A stretch of DNA of 64,000 nt, taken from a virus. Position numbers and translations under genes: made by a program. The DNA is taken from positions 54,565 through 118,564 of IMG/VR virus record IMGVR_UViG_3300011116_001048, one strand, 5' to 3'. Shown here piece by piece: positions 20,111 through 32,491 of this stretch. The notes beneath the pieces are model-generated. The model made no database searches and was not told the origin of the DNA. It saw only the letters and a program-made list of their open reading frames with translations. Within the stretch, counting starts at the first letter, position 1. Every line of letters begins with the position of its first letter.

Positions 20111-20521
20111 ATGACAGCAAAATACGACTTATCAATCAATCAGGGTTCTAATTTTGATCTTTGGGTACAGTACTTAACAGACGGAAATACCGCTGTTAAT
20201 TTGTCTCCGTACCGAGCAGAAATGCAAATAAAACGGTACAGAGGAGCAGACTATCCTTTAGTGTTTGCTACCAATAACGGAATAACCTACGGATACACCG
20301 GTGGCTATACCGGTGGAATAGGTGGCGTAGGAGGCATCACCCTTAATAGAAACTATGATGGATCCGGTTTGACAGGGGGTATCTACATCACTATGGACGC
20401 AAACACAACCGATTCTATGCCATACGGTAAATACTTCTACGATATTAAATTATTAATAGGAACCACGTATTCACAAAGACTTTTAGAAGGTAGAGTTTCT
20501 GTTGAAGGGAAAGTCGTTTGA
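20111..20521 (+). CDS. Late virion-associated protein (BppU-N-like adaptor?)
   Basis: YDLSINQGSNF...NLSPYRAEMQIK...GKYFYDIKL...RLLEGRVSV resembles baseplate adaptor domains; late promoter. Confidence 0.6.
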   Translation: MTAKYDLSINQGSNFDLWVQYLTDGNTAVNLSPYRAEMQIKRYRGADYPLVFATNNGITYGYTGGYTGGIGGVGGITLNRNYDGSGLTGGIYITMDANTTDSMPYGKYFYDIKLLIGTTYSQRLLEGRVSVEGKVV

Positions 20522-22893
20522 AAATCAAAATTCGTCAAATTTCAGAAAATATATCATTTTTTGAACCCGATTTATACTACAGTTTTCCAAAATTAAAATT
20601 AAATCAGGCGACGAAATATGTTACTTTATTCGGACCGTATGAAGGAATATACGACTTTTTACCGGCTGTTCCAGTAGATTTTACTGTACAATTTGATACA
20701 GTATTTAAATATCTTATAAACAGATATGAACCAGAGTGGGCTCAAGGGAAAACAGCAGTGGCCCAAACTTTGGGGGTTTCTTTATCAGAAAATCCTTTTA
20801 ATACTGGTGGTTCTGTCATGTCTGCATTTCAATATGTTGCAAACCCTTCAACAATAGGCGCATCTGCTGGTTGGTTTGATACATTTACACACCCCAGATA
20901 TTATGCAAATGCTGTAAAATCTACTTATATACCATTTCAACGAGCCAAATCACCACAAAATGCAAATCTTAAATTTATTGATTACGATTTAAGAGCACTT
21001 CTGGCGGTAGATTATCATTATAACCAAGGGGGTTATGCTACAAGTTTTTTCAATATAGGTCCAAAATTTACTTGGGATCCTGATGATTCAGATTTAGAAC
21101 AACAAATTTCTTTTAATATTCAACAAAATCATGATAATGGTATTAAAAGAATTATGTTGCATAGTCCATATGGTTATTTAAGAAGTGCAATGAGTGATCT
21201 TTTGGCTGTTGGTGCATGGAGAGCCGTTCCTTGGATTTCAGACAGATACAGTTCTGAAGGATTTAAGTTTGATTCTTATTTAATGTTACAAGAATCAACA
21301 ACAGTTAGAGATCTATTAAATGATCCATTAGCAATCAGAAATGCTTTATTGGGAGTTACCGTTGATGGAATTACTGATATTAATTTAAACACCTTATATC
21401 GCGGACTAACATTTTTAGAAGGAACCGTAGCAGCAAAACGAGATTTTAATAGAGCCAATACTATTGGTTATACCATGAGCGTTAATGTTGGTTCTCCATG
21501 GATTAAATATCCACAAGGGTTGACCTGGCAAGGTGGATGGTTCAGTGCAAATACTCCGGGCATTTGTTTTGATAAAAGAACACTAATAATGTATGATGGT
21601 TCTACATTTTCTGATACCCCACCAACAATAAACAACACGTTTACCCCTGCTAATATTCCAGCCGGTTCTGAGACAGGATTATCGTTTGGATACGGCACTA
21701 AACTATTAAATTCACTTAATAAATTGTCTACCGAATGGGGAGATAAGATAGAATTTATCGGCTATCTGGGAATGCTTCCATACGGACCGATGCACGAAAC
21801 AGCAGTGCCATGGATGTTTTATAAAGATCCAACAAACAACGAAAACGTAAAATACACTAAATGGCGGTTAGACGCTTCAGTATCTCACTGGAAGAATAAA
21901 TTTAAATCACCACACGACGGATTTGCGCACGTGTTTATGGATGCTAGTGCTGTTATTGACCGTACGTATCACAAGTATCAAGCACCGGGATTTACTGCTT
22001 GGAAAAATATATTAGCACCGGGAGTAAGTTTTGTTGAAAACATTCCCGTTTCGTGGGCGCGAGATCAATACAATTACAGTAGAGGAATTTCCGGACCTAA
22101 TACAAACAAAGCTGTAATATTAGGAACAGAAACATTTGCCCAATATATGTTTAAATACGATGCATATTACGGCGATCCTACAAGAACCGAACAAAGCAGA
22201 TTTAACGGAGATTCTGCGCCTAGACATTGGTGTTTGGACGATGATATAGCAACAGATTTACATTCTAGATCGTACGATTTACTTTTAGGTCAAAGAAAAT
22301 GGGGAATAACTTATTCAAATGCTATTTGGGGCCGTGGCGTATGTGGTTCGTCTGATTTGGGAGAAATACTAACAGTAGATACTCCGGCGAATATGCAAAC
22401 TTTAGATGCGTATCCTATGTTTTATAATAGTTTTATTGGTATTTCTGGTAGTGCTTTATATTGGAAAACTGTTCCCAATACAACATATCTTGGAAACACT
22501 TCAGGAATTCCTTGGAACCGGGACAGGCGTTTCCGATTATTTTATCTGTATCCTATGATGTTGGCTTTGAATACTACAATAGTAGATCATATGCACAATG
22601 GAATGGGTTATTATAGGCCACAAGAATCTGGCTGGTTTGATATTTCATTAGGAAATACATTTAATAATAATATGGAAAGTTCTGCAGAATACCCTGTAGT
22701 CGCTTCGTATCCAAGAAGCAACAGAAAAACGCCAACCACTCCACCCAGAAATTATTGGTCAGGAAATAAATCTTCTTCGGAATTTGAATTATTATACGCA
22801 TGTATGAAGGCAGGAGTTACTATGGGCCTAAATAGTTTAGGATTTAATAATTTGTATAATCAACTATACAACGAAGGTGCTACAGGATTTTGA
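20518..22893 (+). CDS. Large putative virion protein
   Basis: 791-aa ORF, TTG start overlapping previous stop, aromatic/Gly/Thr-rich, in late structural operon. Confidence 0.7.
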   Translation: MKIKIRQISENISFFEPDLYYSFPKLKLNQATKYVTLFGPYEGIYDFLPAVPVDFTVQFDTVFKYLINRYEPEWAQGKTAVAQTLGVSLSENPFNTGGSVMSAFQYVANPSTIGASAGWFDTFTHPRYYANAVKSTYIPFQRAKSPQNANLKFIDYDLRALLAVDYHYNQGGYATSFFNIGPKFTWDPDDSDLEQQISFNIQQNHDNGIKRIMLHSPYGYLRSAMSDLLAVGAWRAVPWISDRYSSEGFKFDSYLMLQESTTVRDLLNDPLAIRNALLGVTVDGITDINLNTLYRGLTFLEGTVAAKRDFNRANTIGYTMSVNVGSPWIKYPQGLTWQGGWFSANTPGICFDKRTLIMYDGSTFSDTPPTINNTFTPANIPAGSETGLSFGYGTKLLNSLNKLSTEWGDKIEFIGYLGMLPYGPMHETAVPWMFYKDPTNNENVKYTKWRLDASVSHWKNKFKSPHDGFAHVFMDASAVIDRTYHKYQAPGFTAWKNILAPGVSFVENIPVSWARDQYNYSRGISGPNTNKAVILGTETFAQYMFKYDAYYGDPTRTEQSRFNGDSAPRHWCLDDDIATDLHSRSYDLLLGQRKWGITYSNAIWGRGVCGSSDLGEILTVDTPANMQTLDAYPMFYNSFIGISGSALYWKTVPNTTYLGNTSGIPWNRDRRFRLFYLYPMMLALNTTIVDHMHNGMGYYRPQESGWFDISLGNTFNNNMESSAEYPVVASYPRSNRKTPTTPPRNYWSGNKSSSEFELLYACMKAGVTMGLNSLGFNNLYNQLYNEGATGF

Positions 22894-22908
22894 TGTTTTT
22901 TTATTACC

Positions 22909-25900
22909 ATGAAATTAAAAATACGAAACATTTTAAATCAAATAACTCCAAAAATAATTCAAGGAGTCCGTCGTAGTGTATTTTCGCTCTCTATAAAAGA
23001 TAAAATACAATATCAAATTATACCGTTACAAATACCGTATCCAAATATAATAGGAGAATCAGAATCATACAATATTATTCTGGGTTCTTGGTTTGAAATA
23101 CCTAATAGCTCCAGTTTAACTTCTATTGTTCCGTTTGTCTGGGTTAGCTATAATGATATTTTTAATATTAATAATTCCAATACACCTATTGAATCCGCAT
23201 CTGCCGTAAGAAGCCGATTGGATGGAATTTCGGCTGGTAAACGGTTCCTTGCTCCTATACGATATTGGGGACCCAGATCAATTTGGGGGGCAACAACCGA
23301 CAATATACCGTCCGGATCTGTTCCCGGAGTGACAAACGTAACTCCATGGGCAGATACTGGAATAAAAGGAGTAACTACCGAATGGAATTCTTGGTTAGAT
23401 TCTCTGGGAACTACTTTTGATTTTCTTATTATTGATCAAGAAAACCAATACATGATAAGTTCCTTTGATGGAATTACTTTTGAAAAAAAATTAAAAGGAC
23501 TAACCGGAGACTCCAGATATACGCAAGCAAAATACGGCCTTTCTTCTTTGTCTGATTTGTTATCAGGAATTACATTAACTAACGTTACTTTAGGAGCATA
23601 TTCTTCAGGAGCAGAATATATCACATTCAATAAAGTTATTGGGCAATACGGTGCAGCAGTACTGAATCGTGCATTGTGGGATTATTCAAAACAAAAATTA
23701 CCAGATTTAAGAGGAAGCAATTACGACGGATTTATTGCTACAATAAACCCCGGACCGGATTCTAATGGTCACCCACAAAGCCACGACGATATCTTTGGTA
23801 CTGCTTCTGCACCACATTTCTACGGAATATTAGAAGGAATAAAGACCGCATGGTATGTGAACAAATCCAACCCAACTCAATTAATTTTTAGATACACTGC
23901 ACCTGCTGGATACACTTTTTCGGATCTGGTGCCACAAACCGTTTGGTCTGGATTTATTCAAAGCCAACAGCTAGCACGGTCTGTTCGTCGTTCTGATGCT
24001 ACTAAAGGATTTCATCCGTGGATCGCCAGTCCAGGATACACCGGAATTTCGGTTGATGCTCCTGTATTATTTTCTACAGACGATAGGTATTATTACGAAA
24101 ATATAATACATCTTGGACTATTGGGAGCAGAAGCGTATTTGTATTGGAATCCATCACAATTTAATGGATTAAGTTTAACGTATGCAACTAAAATAGATTC
24201 CACAATAAACGAATTAAACACGCGATTTGGTAATAAAAGAATAAAAGAAACAGCCCCATCAGGACTTACTTCCATTTCTTGGAACACAAATTATATAACA
24301 ACAGGGGCTAAACTAGCAAACAATACGTATTTGTGGCGAACAACATTTAAACCAGAAATTTCAATAGCTGTTGATACAAGCACAAATGTACAATATATTT
24401 TGGGTTCTGATGTTGGTGTCTGGAAAACAACCACAAACTCTACCCCACCAGAATATTCATATATTGACAGTTTAATATTTTATGACGGTAGTACAGGCGG
24501 AATAACTCAAATTTACGATATTAGACAAATGAGTGGTGGTGGTAGAGCTCCTGTTGCTGCTTACGAAGCAATGGGAGCCAAATATATGCCGTATGTGCAA
24601 AATATAGATCCGTATTATTTGTGGTATTACGACAAAATTGACGGCATTCCTGGTCTAACTACTGGTTGGAAAGGCGGTCTGACTGCTAATGGCTCTTTAC
24701 GATTTGGTGAAGGGTATAATACTAATGCTTTCAATTACGTGACATCACGAGAAATCGACAACATAGTTCGTCTTCTGGTGTTACAAGGGGTAACTGCAAG
24801 TAAAACCGAATATATTTACATAAATTGGTTTGAAGATCATAGAGATGTTGGTCATTTTGGGTTTGGAGTAATGACAGGTCCAACCGATAGTGTTGATATT
24901 ATCAGCACCACTGTCGATAATAACGGAATAACATTCCAACAGCCGCAAGCTTTAATTTCTCAAGACAATCAAGGACGAACTGTTCGACAAAACTTTACAG
25001 AACTAGCGTACACTATAGCAAAAATTTTTGATGGCGGAACAGGAACAGACGGCGTATATTTCCACGGTTTACGTCATTACTTTCCTAAATGTAAATTTGG
25101 TGTGTACAATTGGCCTGTTTGGGGTTATTATTTTCAAGACGGTTCCGGGAACGTGTTAGGAAATAACGTTTCTGTTGCGAACATTCAAAGTAAAATTGAT
25201 TTTTATGCGGACGCGTGGATTAAAGGAATGAGTGGTGCTATTGATTCTTTTGATATGTGGATGCCTAGTTTTTATTCTAGTTTAAATTCTCCAGATATGA
25301 ATAGAATTAGAGTTATACAAGGGGTTTCCGCATGCGTTAAGATTAATGAATTATTGAGTGCAGCAGGAAAACCTAAAAAATTAATTATTCCGTTTGTTAG
25401 TGTGTTCTACAACACCATAGCAACAGGCAACCCGTATTCACGGCAAACTTACGAAACAGAATATTATTATACTCCTCCTTGGACTATACAGACCGATGCT
25501 AATATAAATTACGAACAGTTACAACCTATTATGAATGGTGGAGGAAATGGAATTGCTATATGGCAAAATACCGCTACCAATAGATGGATCGTGGCGGGAA
25601 GAATAACTAACGGACAAAATGAAGACACAGCACCACAACCAGAGTGGCGAAAATGGATGTTTAATCACCCAGGCGGAACAACGGCTGGAATTAATCAGTG
25701 GTCGGATAAAACTATGTTAAGGCAAGCAATTTCAGCACAGTATAATTACCTTAAAGGCGTGTGTTTGGGTGCAACAGGAAATCGTTGGTGGTGGGCAACA
25801 GCAAGCCAGAACACATTTGCAGGCCCTGTAGAACAGTATACGCCGTCAGAATGGTTACCGTTGGGACTGTCGTTGGCTCCTTACGGAAACAAAGTAGCGT

Positions 25901-26034
25901 ATTACAACGGAACAGCAGACAGAGGAGCCACTTCATCGTTTGAAACTCAACAAATAATAGACTATGTATTAGAAGACGCAAAAGTTCGAATGATACAAAC
26001 CGCTAAATCTCTTTGGTCTAAAAACAATACTTAA
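22909..26034 (+). CDS. Large putative virion protein with two glycoside-hydrolase-like domains
   Basis: 1041-aa ORF; FLIIDQEN and INWFEDH...FGVYNWP...WMPSFY...IIPFV...GIAIW patterns (see findings). Confidence 0.65.
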   Translation: MKLKIRNILNQITPKIIQGVRRSVFSLSIKDKIQYQIIPLQIPYPNIIGESESYNIILGSWFEIPNSSSLTSIVPFVWVSYNDIFNINNSNTPIESASAVRSRLDGISAGKRFLAPIRYWGPRSIWGATTDNIPSGSVPGVTNVTPWADTGIKGVTTEWNSWLDSLGTTFDFLIIDQENQYMISSFDGITFEKKLKGLTGDSRYTQAKYGLSSLSDLLSGITLTNVTLGAYSSGAEYITFNKVIGQYGAAVLNRALWDYSKQKLPDLRGSNYDGFIATINPGPDSNGHPQSHDDIFGTASAPHFYGILEGIKTAWYVNKSNPTQLIFRYTAPAGYTFSDLVPQTVWSGFIQSQQLARSVRRSDATKGFHPWIASPGYTGISVDAPVLFSTDDRYYYENIIHLGLLGAEAYLYWNPSQFNGLSLTYATKIDSTINELNTRFGNKRIKETAPSGLTSISWNTNYITTGAKLANNTYLWRTTFKPEISIAVDTSTNVQYILGSDVGVWKTTTNSTPPEYSYIDSLIFYDGSTGGITQIYDIRQMSGGGRAPVAAYEAMGAKYMPYVQNIDPYYLWYYDKIDGIPGLTTGWKGGLTANGSLRFGEGYNTNAFNYVTSREIDNIVRLLVLQGVTASKTEYIYINWFEDHRDVGHFGFGVMTGPTDSVDIISTTVDNNGITFQQPQALISQDNQGRTVRQNFTELAYTIAKIFDGGTGTDGVYFHGLRHYFPKCKFGVYNWPVWGYYFQDGSGNVLGNNVSVANIQSKIDFYADAWIKGMSGAIDSFDMWMPSFYSSLNSPDMNRIRVIQGVSACVKINELLSAAGKPKKLIIPFVSVFYNTIATGNPYSRQTYETEYYYTPPWTIQTDANINYEQLQPIMNGGGNGIAIWQNTATNRWIVAGRITNGQNEDTAPQPEWRKWMFNHPGGTTAGINQWSDKTMLRQAISAQYNYLKGVCLGATGNRWWWATASQNTFAGPVEQYTPSEWLPLGLSLAPYGNKVAYYNGTADRGATSSFETQQIIDYVLEDAKVRMIQTAKSLWSKNNT

Positions 26035-26048
26035 TAATTTTTAATCGT

Positions 26049-27509
26049 ATGGATAAATTTAAAAAATATTTTAATATAGACGAATCTGCAGAACCACAAG
26101 CAGAACCACCTGTATTAGAAAGAGTGGTACCCATTCCCGGTCCACAAGGACCAAGAGGTCCTGTTGGCCCACCCGGACCTCCGGGCGAAGACGGCTGGGC
26201 AGGCCCACAAGGCGAGCGTGGTCCTGTTGGCCCTCAAGGCCCTCAAGGCATACCCGGTCCCAAAGGCGATAAAGGTGATAAGGGTGATACAGGCGAAACC
26301 GGTTGGCCCGGTGATAAGGGCGAACCCGGCATTCAAGGCGAACCCGGTCTTATGGGACCTCAAGGACCTAAAGGCGAACGTGGAGAACCCGGCCCCCAAG
26401 GACCCCAAGGCGTTCCCGGTGTAAACGGTAAAGACGGTGCTCAAGGACCAAAAGGTGAACAAGGTATTCGAGGCGAACGTGGGCCTCAAGGACCTCAAGG
26501 AGTTCCCGGTGTAAACGGTAAAGATGGTGCTCAAGGACCAAAAGGAAAACAAGGACCGCAAGGAAAACAAGGACCTCAAGGACTACAAGGACCACAAGGA
26601 CCTCAAGGCCCAGAAGGCCCGCAAGGACCACAGGGCCCTCAAGGCGAACCGGGAATCGTTTCTGCTAACTATCCTTTAGTATTAGAACAGGGCGAGCTTT
26701 CTTTTGATGGGTCTAAATTTAAACAAGACATTACCAGTTTAATAAAAACAAAGCTGGATGCTCAAACTGTAGCTCAAAACTTCCAATGGCTGAATACCGG
26801 TTCGGTTGGTGGTGGTGCTGTTGGAATTTATAAAGATAAAGCCAGAATAATAAAATCTGTAAACGATTTAAATTTTGTTGGTAATAATATAACAGTTACC
26901 CGTAAAGGTAAACAAGTAGACGTTTCAGTTAGTAGTGAAATTACTGGAGATTATGTTAAATACGTAAACGGTCTTATTGGTGCGGTCACATTAGCAGCAG
27001 GACCAAACATATCATTAACCACAAATAATAATACTATTACTGTTGCCAGTAGTCCTGGATTTACATACACTTCAGAAACACCGGTGTATACTCCTACAGT
27101 TGGTGATCGTTGGATGGATTCTGATACTGGTGTGGAATACGTTTGGGTAGACGATGGTACCAGTACACAATGGATTCAACCAACTAACACAGCACAAGGC
27201 AGCGCATCTAAAGTTTCCATACTACAAACAGTTTCTATAACCGGAGCCACTTACGCAGCCACTGCATTGGACTACTATATTGGTGTGAGTTACGCTGGTC
27301 AGTCCGTAATCACGCTTCCTGCTGCTCCAGAAGCTGGTCGAGAAATGGTGGTTAAGGACGAATCGGGCCATGCTGGCGATAATATTAATCGCTGGATTAC
27401 TATTTGTGGAGCCAGCCCAACCAAGATAGACAACCAAGACACTGCCGTACTAAACATAAGTAACGGTGGTCTTCACTTCATATACAACAACGGATGGAGA
27501 ATTATATGA
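26049..27509 (+). CDS. Collagen-repeat virion/tail protein
   Basis: About 60 consecutive G-X-Y triplets (GPQGPQ...), then [15 protein letters not shown] and a C-terminal [23 protein letters not shown] domain. Confidence 0.88.
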   Translation: MDKFKKYFNIDESAEPQAEPPVLERVVPIPGPQGPRGPVGPPGPPGEDGWAGPQGERGPVGPQGPQGIPGPKGDKGDKGDTGETGWPGDKGEPGIQGEPGLMGPQGPKGERGEPGPQGPQGVPGVNGKDGAQGPKGEQGIRGERGPQGPQGVPGVNGKDGAQGPKGKQGPQGKQGPQGLQGPQGPQGPEGPQGPQGPQGEPGIVSANYPLVLEQGELSFDGSKFKQDITSLIKTKLDAQTVAQNFQWLNTGSVGGGAVGIYKDKARIIKSVNDLNFVGNNITVTRKGKQVDVSVSSEITGDYVKYVNGLIGAVTLAAGPNISLTTNNNTITVASSPGFTYTSETPVYTPTVGDRWMDSDTGVEYVWVDDGTSTQWIQPTNTAQGSASKVSILQTVSITGATYAATALDYYIGVSYAGQSVITLPAAPEAGREMVVKDESGHAGDNINRWITICGASPTKIDNQDTAVLNISNGGLHFIYNNGWRII

Positions 27510-28741
27510 GTTACCTGTTTAACAATAAAGTGGGATTTGTGGATAATGCGGTGGACGCGTTTAATCGTCTCCGAGTTTCTACGGAATTTACACTTTTTGA
27601 CAGCCAAAATCGTTACCAAGCCAATGATAAGTGGGACACGTTTGGTGTAACAGGCGGCACTGCTGAATACGTTTTGAACGAAAGTGCTATTAATCTGATT
27701 GTGGGAACCACAGTAGGTTCCAAACTAACCAAAGAAACCAAGCGTGTGTTTCCGTATCAACCGGGTAAATCACTACTGATACTGAATACTTTTGCCATGG
27801 CTACGCCAGTAGACGGTGTACGTCAGCGTGTAGGATACTTTGGTATAACCGGTGGTGCCACTGCTGGTGTTCCGTATAACGGAATTTATTTAGAACAAGA
27901 CGGAATCACGTTAAGTATTGTTTTAGAATCTGCTTCACTAAACACCACAACCCGTGTAAATCAGACCGCATGGAACGGAGACACGTTTAACGGACTGGGA
28001 GCTTCAGGCAGAAGTCTAAACGTGACCAAAGGTAACATATTCTGGATGGACATTGAATGGTTAGGTGTAGGCGATGTCCGTACCGGATTCTTTGTTGACG
28101 GAAAACCGGTAGTGGCCCACACGTTCCATAATGATAATGAAAACTCAACCACGTATATGACTACTGCGTGTCTGCCTATTCGTTACGAGATAGAAACCAC
28201 TAAAGCACAAGCGTCCAGTCATACCATGAAACAGATTTGTTCCAGCGTTATTTCAGACGGTGGATACGAAGGGTTTAGTCGCAGATACAACGTTTCTTCG
28301 GATGGAGATTTAATTACCATGGGAACCGCAAAGGTGTATTATCCCCTAGTGTCTATCCGATTAAATCCTAACAGACTGGACTCTATTATTGTTCCGTCTA
28401 ATATCTCTATGGTATTAAACGGCCAACAATGGGTTCACTACCGTGTTGTATTAAACGGAACGTTTACTGGAGGAACCCCGGTTTGGAGTACCCACTACAA
28501 CGGAAATGTAGACTATATTGTTCACACCGCCGGAACTTTAGGTTTAACTGGAGCAACAGACATTATCGGCGGTTATATCAGTTCTAGTAGTTCCGTGATT
28601 GATATTAATTCTGCTTCAAACTTTAATTTTCAGCTAGGCCGTACTCAGACAGGAGTTAGTGATGTGTTGACCATAGTAGCAGCAGGAAGTTCTAACAATG
28701 CTGGTGTTGGTGTAGACTTGTCTTGGTTCGAGATCGTATAA
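27506..28741 (+). CDS. Putative virion structural protein
   Basis: DAFNRLRVS...YQPGKS...[18 protein letters not shown] pattern typical of phage virion proteins; ATGA coupling sets the start at 27506. Confidence 0.7.
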   Translation: MSYLFNNKVGFVDNAVDAFNRLRVSTEFTLFDSQNRYQANDKWDTFGVTGGTAEYVLNESAINLIVGTTVGSKLTKETKRVFPYQPGKSLLILNTFAMATPVDGVRQRVGYFGITGGATAGVPYNGIYLEQDGITLSIVLESASLNTTTRVNQTAWNGDTFNGLGASGRSLNVTKGNIFWMDIEWLGVGDVRTGFFVDGKPVVAHTFHNDNENSTTYMTTACLPIRYEIETTKAQASSHTMKQICSSVISDGGYEGFSRRYNVSSDGDLITMGTAKVYYPLVSIRLNPNRLDSIIVPSNISMVLNGQQWVHYRVVLNGTFTGGTPVWSTHYNGNVDYIVHTAGTLGLTGATDIIGGYISSSSSVIDINSASNFNFQLGRTQTGVSDVLTIVAAGSSNNAGVGVDLSWFEIV

Positions 28742-28744
28742 ATA
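28737..28744 (+). promoter_or_regulatory. T4-type late promoter (TATAAATA)
   Basis: Perfect consensus 10 nt before the tail fibre ATG. Confidence 0.75.
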
Positions 28745-28754
28745 CCTTTAATCT

Positions 28755-31586
28755 ATGCCATTAAATTTTCCATCTAATCCTGCTGTAAACGAACCGTACA
28801 CTTTTGGTGGTCGTACGTGGATCTGGAACGGTTCTGCATGGGATTCGTATAACACTGCAGTTACTGGTCCTACTGGTCCTATTGGATTCACCGGAGCTAC
28901 GGGTCCAACAGGTCCAACAGGAGCTACGGGTCCTACTGGTCCTATTGGATTCACCGGAGCTACGGGTCCAACAGGTCCAACAGGAGCTACGGGTCCTACT
29001 GGTCCTATTGGATTCACCGGAGCTACGGGTCCAACAGGTCCAACAGGATTGCAAGGAAACACTGGGGCAACTGGTCCTGTAGGTGATTACGTAATATCGC
29101 TTAATGGATTAACTGGTATACTTTCGCTCCTAGCGTCCACAGGAATAAGTGTTGCTGCAGCCGAAAAAGGAATTACGTTTATTAATACCGGTGTACTGAA
29201 TTTTAATGGTTTAACTGGTGCTGTAACAGGAATTACACAAATTAATTCTGGATCAGGTATCTTAATATCTGGAACCACCAATCCAACTATAACAAACACT
29301 GGTGTTACCGGATTTAACGGTTTAACCGGAGCAGTGTCTGGTGTAACTGCAGTAAATGCTGGTACAGGTATCAGCGTATCAGGCACTACCAATCCTACCG
29401 TAACCAATACTGGTGTATTGAGTTTTAATACACTAACCGGAGCAGTAACAGGCGTAACACAAATAAACGCTGGATCGGGTGTACAGATAACAGGTACTAC
29501 CAATCCTACAATTACTAATACTGGCGTTACAGGATTTAACGGAGCAACAGGAAATGTTACTGGAGTTACTGGAGTTGCGGCAGGTACCGGTATCAGTATA
29601 TCCGGTTCCACCAATCCTACAATTACCAATACGGGTGTTCAGTCATTCAATGGTCTCACAGGAGCAGTATCTGGTGTTACCACATCCGTAGCTAATACCT
29701 TTACCGCACTTCAAACATTCAATACAGGTATAACTTCTGCTGGTGCCACATTTAACGGCAACGTGGCCATGACCAGCACTTCGTCCCATACAGGTCTTGC
29801 GTCCTTTGCTGGTGGTATTAGTGCTTCTGGTGGTATCACGTTTACAGGAACAATAAACGGACTTCGATTAACCGCTTTTGGTACAGACAATACTATAATC
29901 GGAGCAACAGGAGCAGGTATTGCCTTAACCACAGGAACAGACAACTTCTTTGGTGGGGCACGAGCAGGAGATGCAGTAACAACAGGTAGTAGAAACGTTG
30001 CTATAGGTACTGATGCGTTGGGCGGGACTACTGGAGCATCCGATACAGTAGCTATAGGATATAATGCTCTGTTAGTAAATAGAGCAGACGGTGCGGTAGC
30101 TATAGGATCCAATGCACTAAAAAGTTTAACAACGGGAACGGAAAATTTTGCATTAGGTTTTAATGCTGGAGCCGCAATCAATACGGGCAGTAGAAACGTG
30201 GCAATGGGTGCGTATGCGTTAGCACAAGCCACAACAGTAAATGATTGTGTGGCAATAGGACGTTATGCTCTAAACTATAAAACTGGTAGTGGCGACCATT
30301 GTGTTGCTATAGGTCCCGGTTCTATGTTATACGCAACATCGGCGTCTAATTGCGTTGCTGTTGGTGGTGCTTCACAAAGAGGTAGTGATCTGGTAACAGG
30401 TACGTATAATTCGTCTATCGGTTACGGGTCAATGCTTAATATAATAAGCGGTAACTACAATACCGCCGTAGGTTACAATTCATTATACAGTTTAACCGGC
30501 GGTTCAGAAAACATTGCTTTTGGTGGCGAAGCTTTGGTGGCTTTAACAAACACAGGAAAAAATACTGCTGTAGGTCAAGTTGCTTTACGAAACATTACCA
30601 CAGGTAATTCTAATACTGCTATAGGATATGGTGCTGGTCAATACAAAACTTCGTCAGATACCAATCATACTTTATCTGGTGATGCAAACGTGTATATTGG
30701 GTTTCAAGCTAGAGCCAGTGGAGACAATGTTACTAATGAAGTAGTTATAGGCGGCAATAAACCTGTTGGTTCTGGTTCTAATACTACAACTATTGGTAAT
30801 TCTTCTACAACATTAACTCAACTGTTTGGCAAAATTAGTACTGCCCAAGGTATCAGTGCTTCTGGTGGTATCACATTTCAGGATACTATTTCACTAAACG
30901 GACAAACATTTACAAATGTGGTTTCTTCTGTGAATGGTTTAACAGGAGCACTTGCTAATCTATCTGCACCGGCGGGGCTCACTTCATCTACTGCGGTATA
31001 TACGTTTCCTAACGGAGTGACTGCTTACAGTGCAAGTAGCACACCGTATTACACTTCTCCGTATTTTGGTTCTCGTTCTGTTAGTACTAGCACACTAACA
31101 CCAAACAGAACTTATTTTGTTTTACATCAAGCACCACGAGCGATATCTTTGAAGAATATAAGAATAGCCGCAAATTCGCCTTCAGTTGCTATGAACTTAT
31201 ATCTAAGTGTATGGACTGTGAATCCTTTAACAGGGTTACCACAATCTAGATTGTACGTATCTGGAGGACTAACGGCCAATGCTAGTACTTTTAACTATGT
31301 AACAGTAACAAATGCTTCAGGATTAGTTAGCGTGCCTGCAGGTCCATTTTATATGGCAGTAACAGTCAGTAATTCGCTTCCCACGTACGCACACAGTAAC
31401 GATAGATCGATAAATCTTTACGGATCCGATAATTACGTAACCGGTTATCAGAATTACGCTCCTGTTTTAGACACTGATGGATTTACTGCCCCAACCAGTA
31501 TCACTCAAGCAGGAACAACATTTGCTTTCGTTAATTATATTAATGCTGTGGCACCTACTCCAGTGATGGAGTGGAACCACGTATAA
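28755..31586 (+). CDS. Tail fibre / adhesin
   Basis: [18 protein letters not shown]-terminus, GPTGAT collagen, repeated [15 protein letters not shown] units, 14-aa NxAVG beta-helix repeats (NTAVG, NIAFG, NVAIG), C-terminal head domain. Confidence 0.85.
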   Translation: MPLNFPSNPAVNEPYTFGGRTWIWNGSAWDSYNTAVTGPTGPIGFTGATGPTGPTGATGPTGPIGFTGATGPTGPTGATGPTGPIGFTGATGPTGPTGLQGNTGATGPVGDYVISLNGLTGILSLLASTGISVAAAEKGITFINTGVLNFNGLTGAVTGITQINSGSGILISGTTNPTITNTGVTGFNGLTGAVSGVTAVNAGTGISVSGTTNPTVTNTGVLSFNTLTGAVTGVTQINAGSGVQITGTTNPTITNTGVTGFNGATGNVTGVTGVAAGTGISISGSTNPTITNTGVQSFNGLTGAVSGVTTSVANTFTALQTFNTGITSAGATFNGNVAMTSTSSHTGLASFAGGISASGGITFTGTINGLRLTAFGTDNTIIGATGAGIALTTGTDNFFGGARAGDAVTTGSRNVAIGTDALGGTTGASDTVAIGYNALLVNRADGAVAIGSNALKSLTTGTENFALGFNAGAAINTGSRNVAMGAYALAQATTVNDCVAIGRYALNYKTGSGDHCVAIGPGSMLYATSASNCVAVGGASQRGSDLVTGTYNSSIGYGSMLNIISGNYNTAVGYNSLYSLTGGSENIAFGGEALVALTNTGKNTAVGQVALRNITTGNSNTAIGYGAGQYKTSSDTNHTLSGDANVYIGFQARASGDNVTNEVVIGGNKPVGSGSNTTTIGNSSTTLTQLFGKISTAQGISASGGITFQDTISLNGQTFTNVVSSVNGLTGALANLSAPAGLTSSTAVYTFPNGVTAYSASSTPYYTSPYFGSRSVSTSTLTPNRTYFVLHQAPRAISLKNIRIAANSPSVAMNLYLSVWTVNPLTGLPQSRLYVSGGLTANASTFNYVTVTNASGLVSVPAGPFYMAVTVSNSLPTYAHSNDRSINLYGSDNYVTGYQNYAPVLDTDGFTAPTSITQAGTTFAFVNYINAVAPTPVMEWNHV
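28866..29048 (+). repeat. Three 63-bp tandem repeats encoding [21 protein letters not shown]
   Basis: Identical units start at 28866, 28929 and 28992 (third truncated). Confidence 0.95.
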
Positions 31587-31596
31587 AGGAGATTTT

Positions 31597-31932
31597 ATGG
31601 ACGTAATGATTCATACAATTTACGATGAAGACACAGGAGAAACTGTAATTATCGATAAAAGACATTTTTATCGGTGTGTAGACCATCAGCTTCAAATTAT
31701 TCGTGAACAAGCCAAAACTCTTATTCTTGAAGCCGCACCAGAATACAAACAACGAAATGCTGCTTTAGGACTGTTATCTTCAGAAGAAATAGAAGAAATT
31801 AAAACAAAGATTCAAAATATTCGTACCGTTTCAAATCAAAAAGAACAGGAAATTTTATCTGTTGTTTGGGATGGAACAGAAAACACCAGACCGGCAGCAT
31901 GTGATGCGGTACAATCGGTAAGATGGGATTAA
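31597..31932 (+). CDS. Probable tail fibre assembly chaperone
   Basis: Directly after the fibre; ILEAAPEYKQRNAALGLL..EIKTKIQNIRTVSN resembles fibre chaperones. Confidence 0.6.
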   Translation: MDVMIHTIYDEDTGETVIIDKRHFYRCVDHQLQIIREQAKTLILEAAPEYKQRNAALGLLSSEEIEEIKTKIQNIRTVSNQKEQEILSVVWDGTENTRPAACDAVQSVRWD

Positions 31933-31936
31933 TTAT

Positions 31937-31965
31937 TTGACTTTGTTATTTTTTTAATGTATACT
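31937..31965 (+). promoter_or_regulatory. sigma70-like promoter of the dut-gp43 operon
   Basis: TTGACT-17 nt-TATACT, near-perfect consensus. Confidence 0.75.
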
Positions 31966-31972
31966 ATGACAA

Positions 31973-32491
31973 ATGCTGAAATACTATAAAGTCCATCCAG
32001 ACGCACAACCACCAGTATTTGCAACCCCCGGATCTGCATGTTTTGATCTGAAGGCGTATCTGGGAAATGATATTTTTCAGGTGCGTGGATATTGCCAGAA
32101 CAACCGTGAGTGTAATGTGGCCATTCACCAGACCACTGAAGACCGTTACGTAAAGATTGAACCGGGTCAACGTATTCTGGTTCCTACTGGTCTTGTATTT
32201 GATATCCCCGAAGGATACTCTGTGCGTGTTCACGCCCGTTCTGGTCTGGCGTTGAAGCAAGGTCTAGTAATGGCTAATGCTGAAGGTATCATTGATTGGG
32301 ATTACGTGGAACAAACCCATATTATGGTTCTGAATGTTTCAAACGAAAATTTGTTTGTCCATAATGGCGAACGTATTGCTCAAGGTGAACTGGTTCCTGT
32401 ACTACAGTACAGTATTGAACCCACCGAAACAAAGCCCGAGCAAAAGACCAGTCGTAGTGGTGGTTTTGGATCAACAGGAGTACACGGATGA
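31973..32491 (+). CDS. dut: Trimeric dUTPase
   Basis: ACFDLKA, HARSGLA, GIIDWDY, GERIAQ, RSGGFGSTG. Confidence 0.95.
   Translation: MLKYYKVHPDAQPPVFATPGSACFDLKAYLGNDIFQVRGYCQNNRECNVAIHQTTEDRYVKIEPGQRILVPTGLVFDIPEGYSVRVHARSGLALKQGLVMANAEGIIDWDYVEQTHIMVLNVSNENLFVHNGERIAQGELVPVLQYSIEPTETKPEQKTSRSGGFGSTGVHG

Noticed and set aside
28866-29048. 63-bp repeats as a CRISPR array
   Set aside because: Units are contiguous with no spacers and encode in-frame collagen-like peptide.
26115-30232. Antisense and alternate-frame ORFs over collagen and fibre genes (26115-26579, 28748-29062, 29087-29629, 29711-30232)
   Set aside because: Shadow ORFs caused by Gly-codon periodicity; no RBS, promoter or independent motifs.
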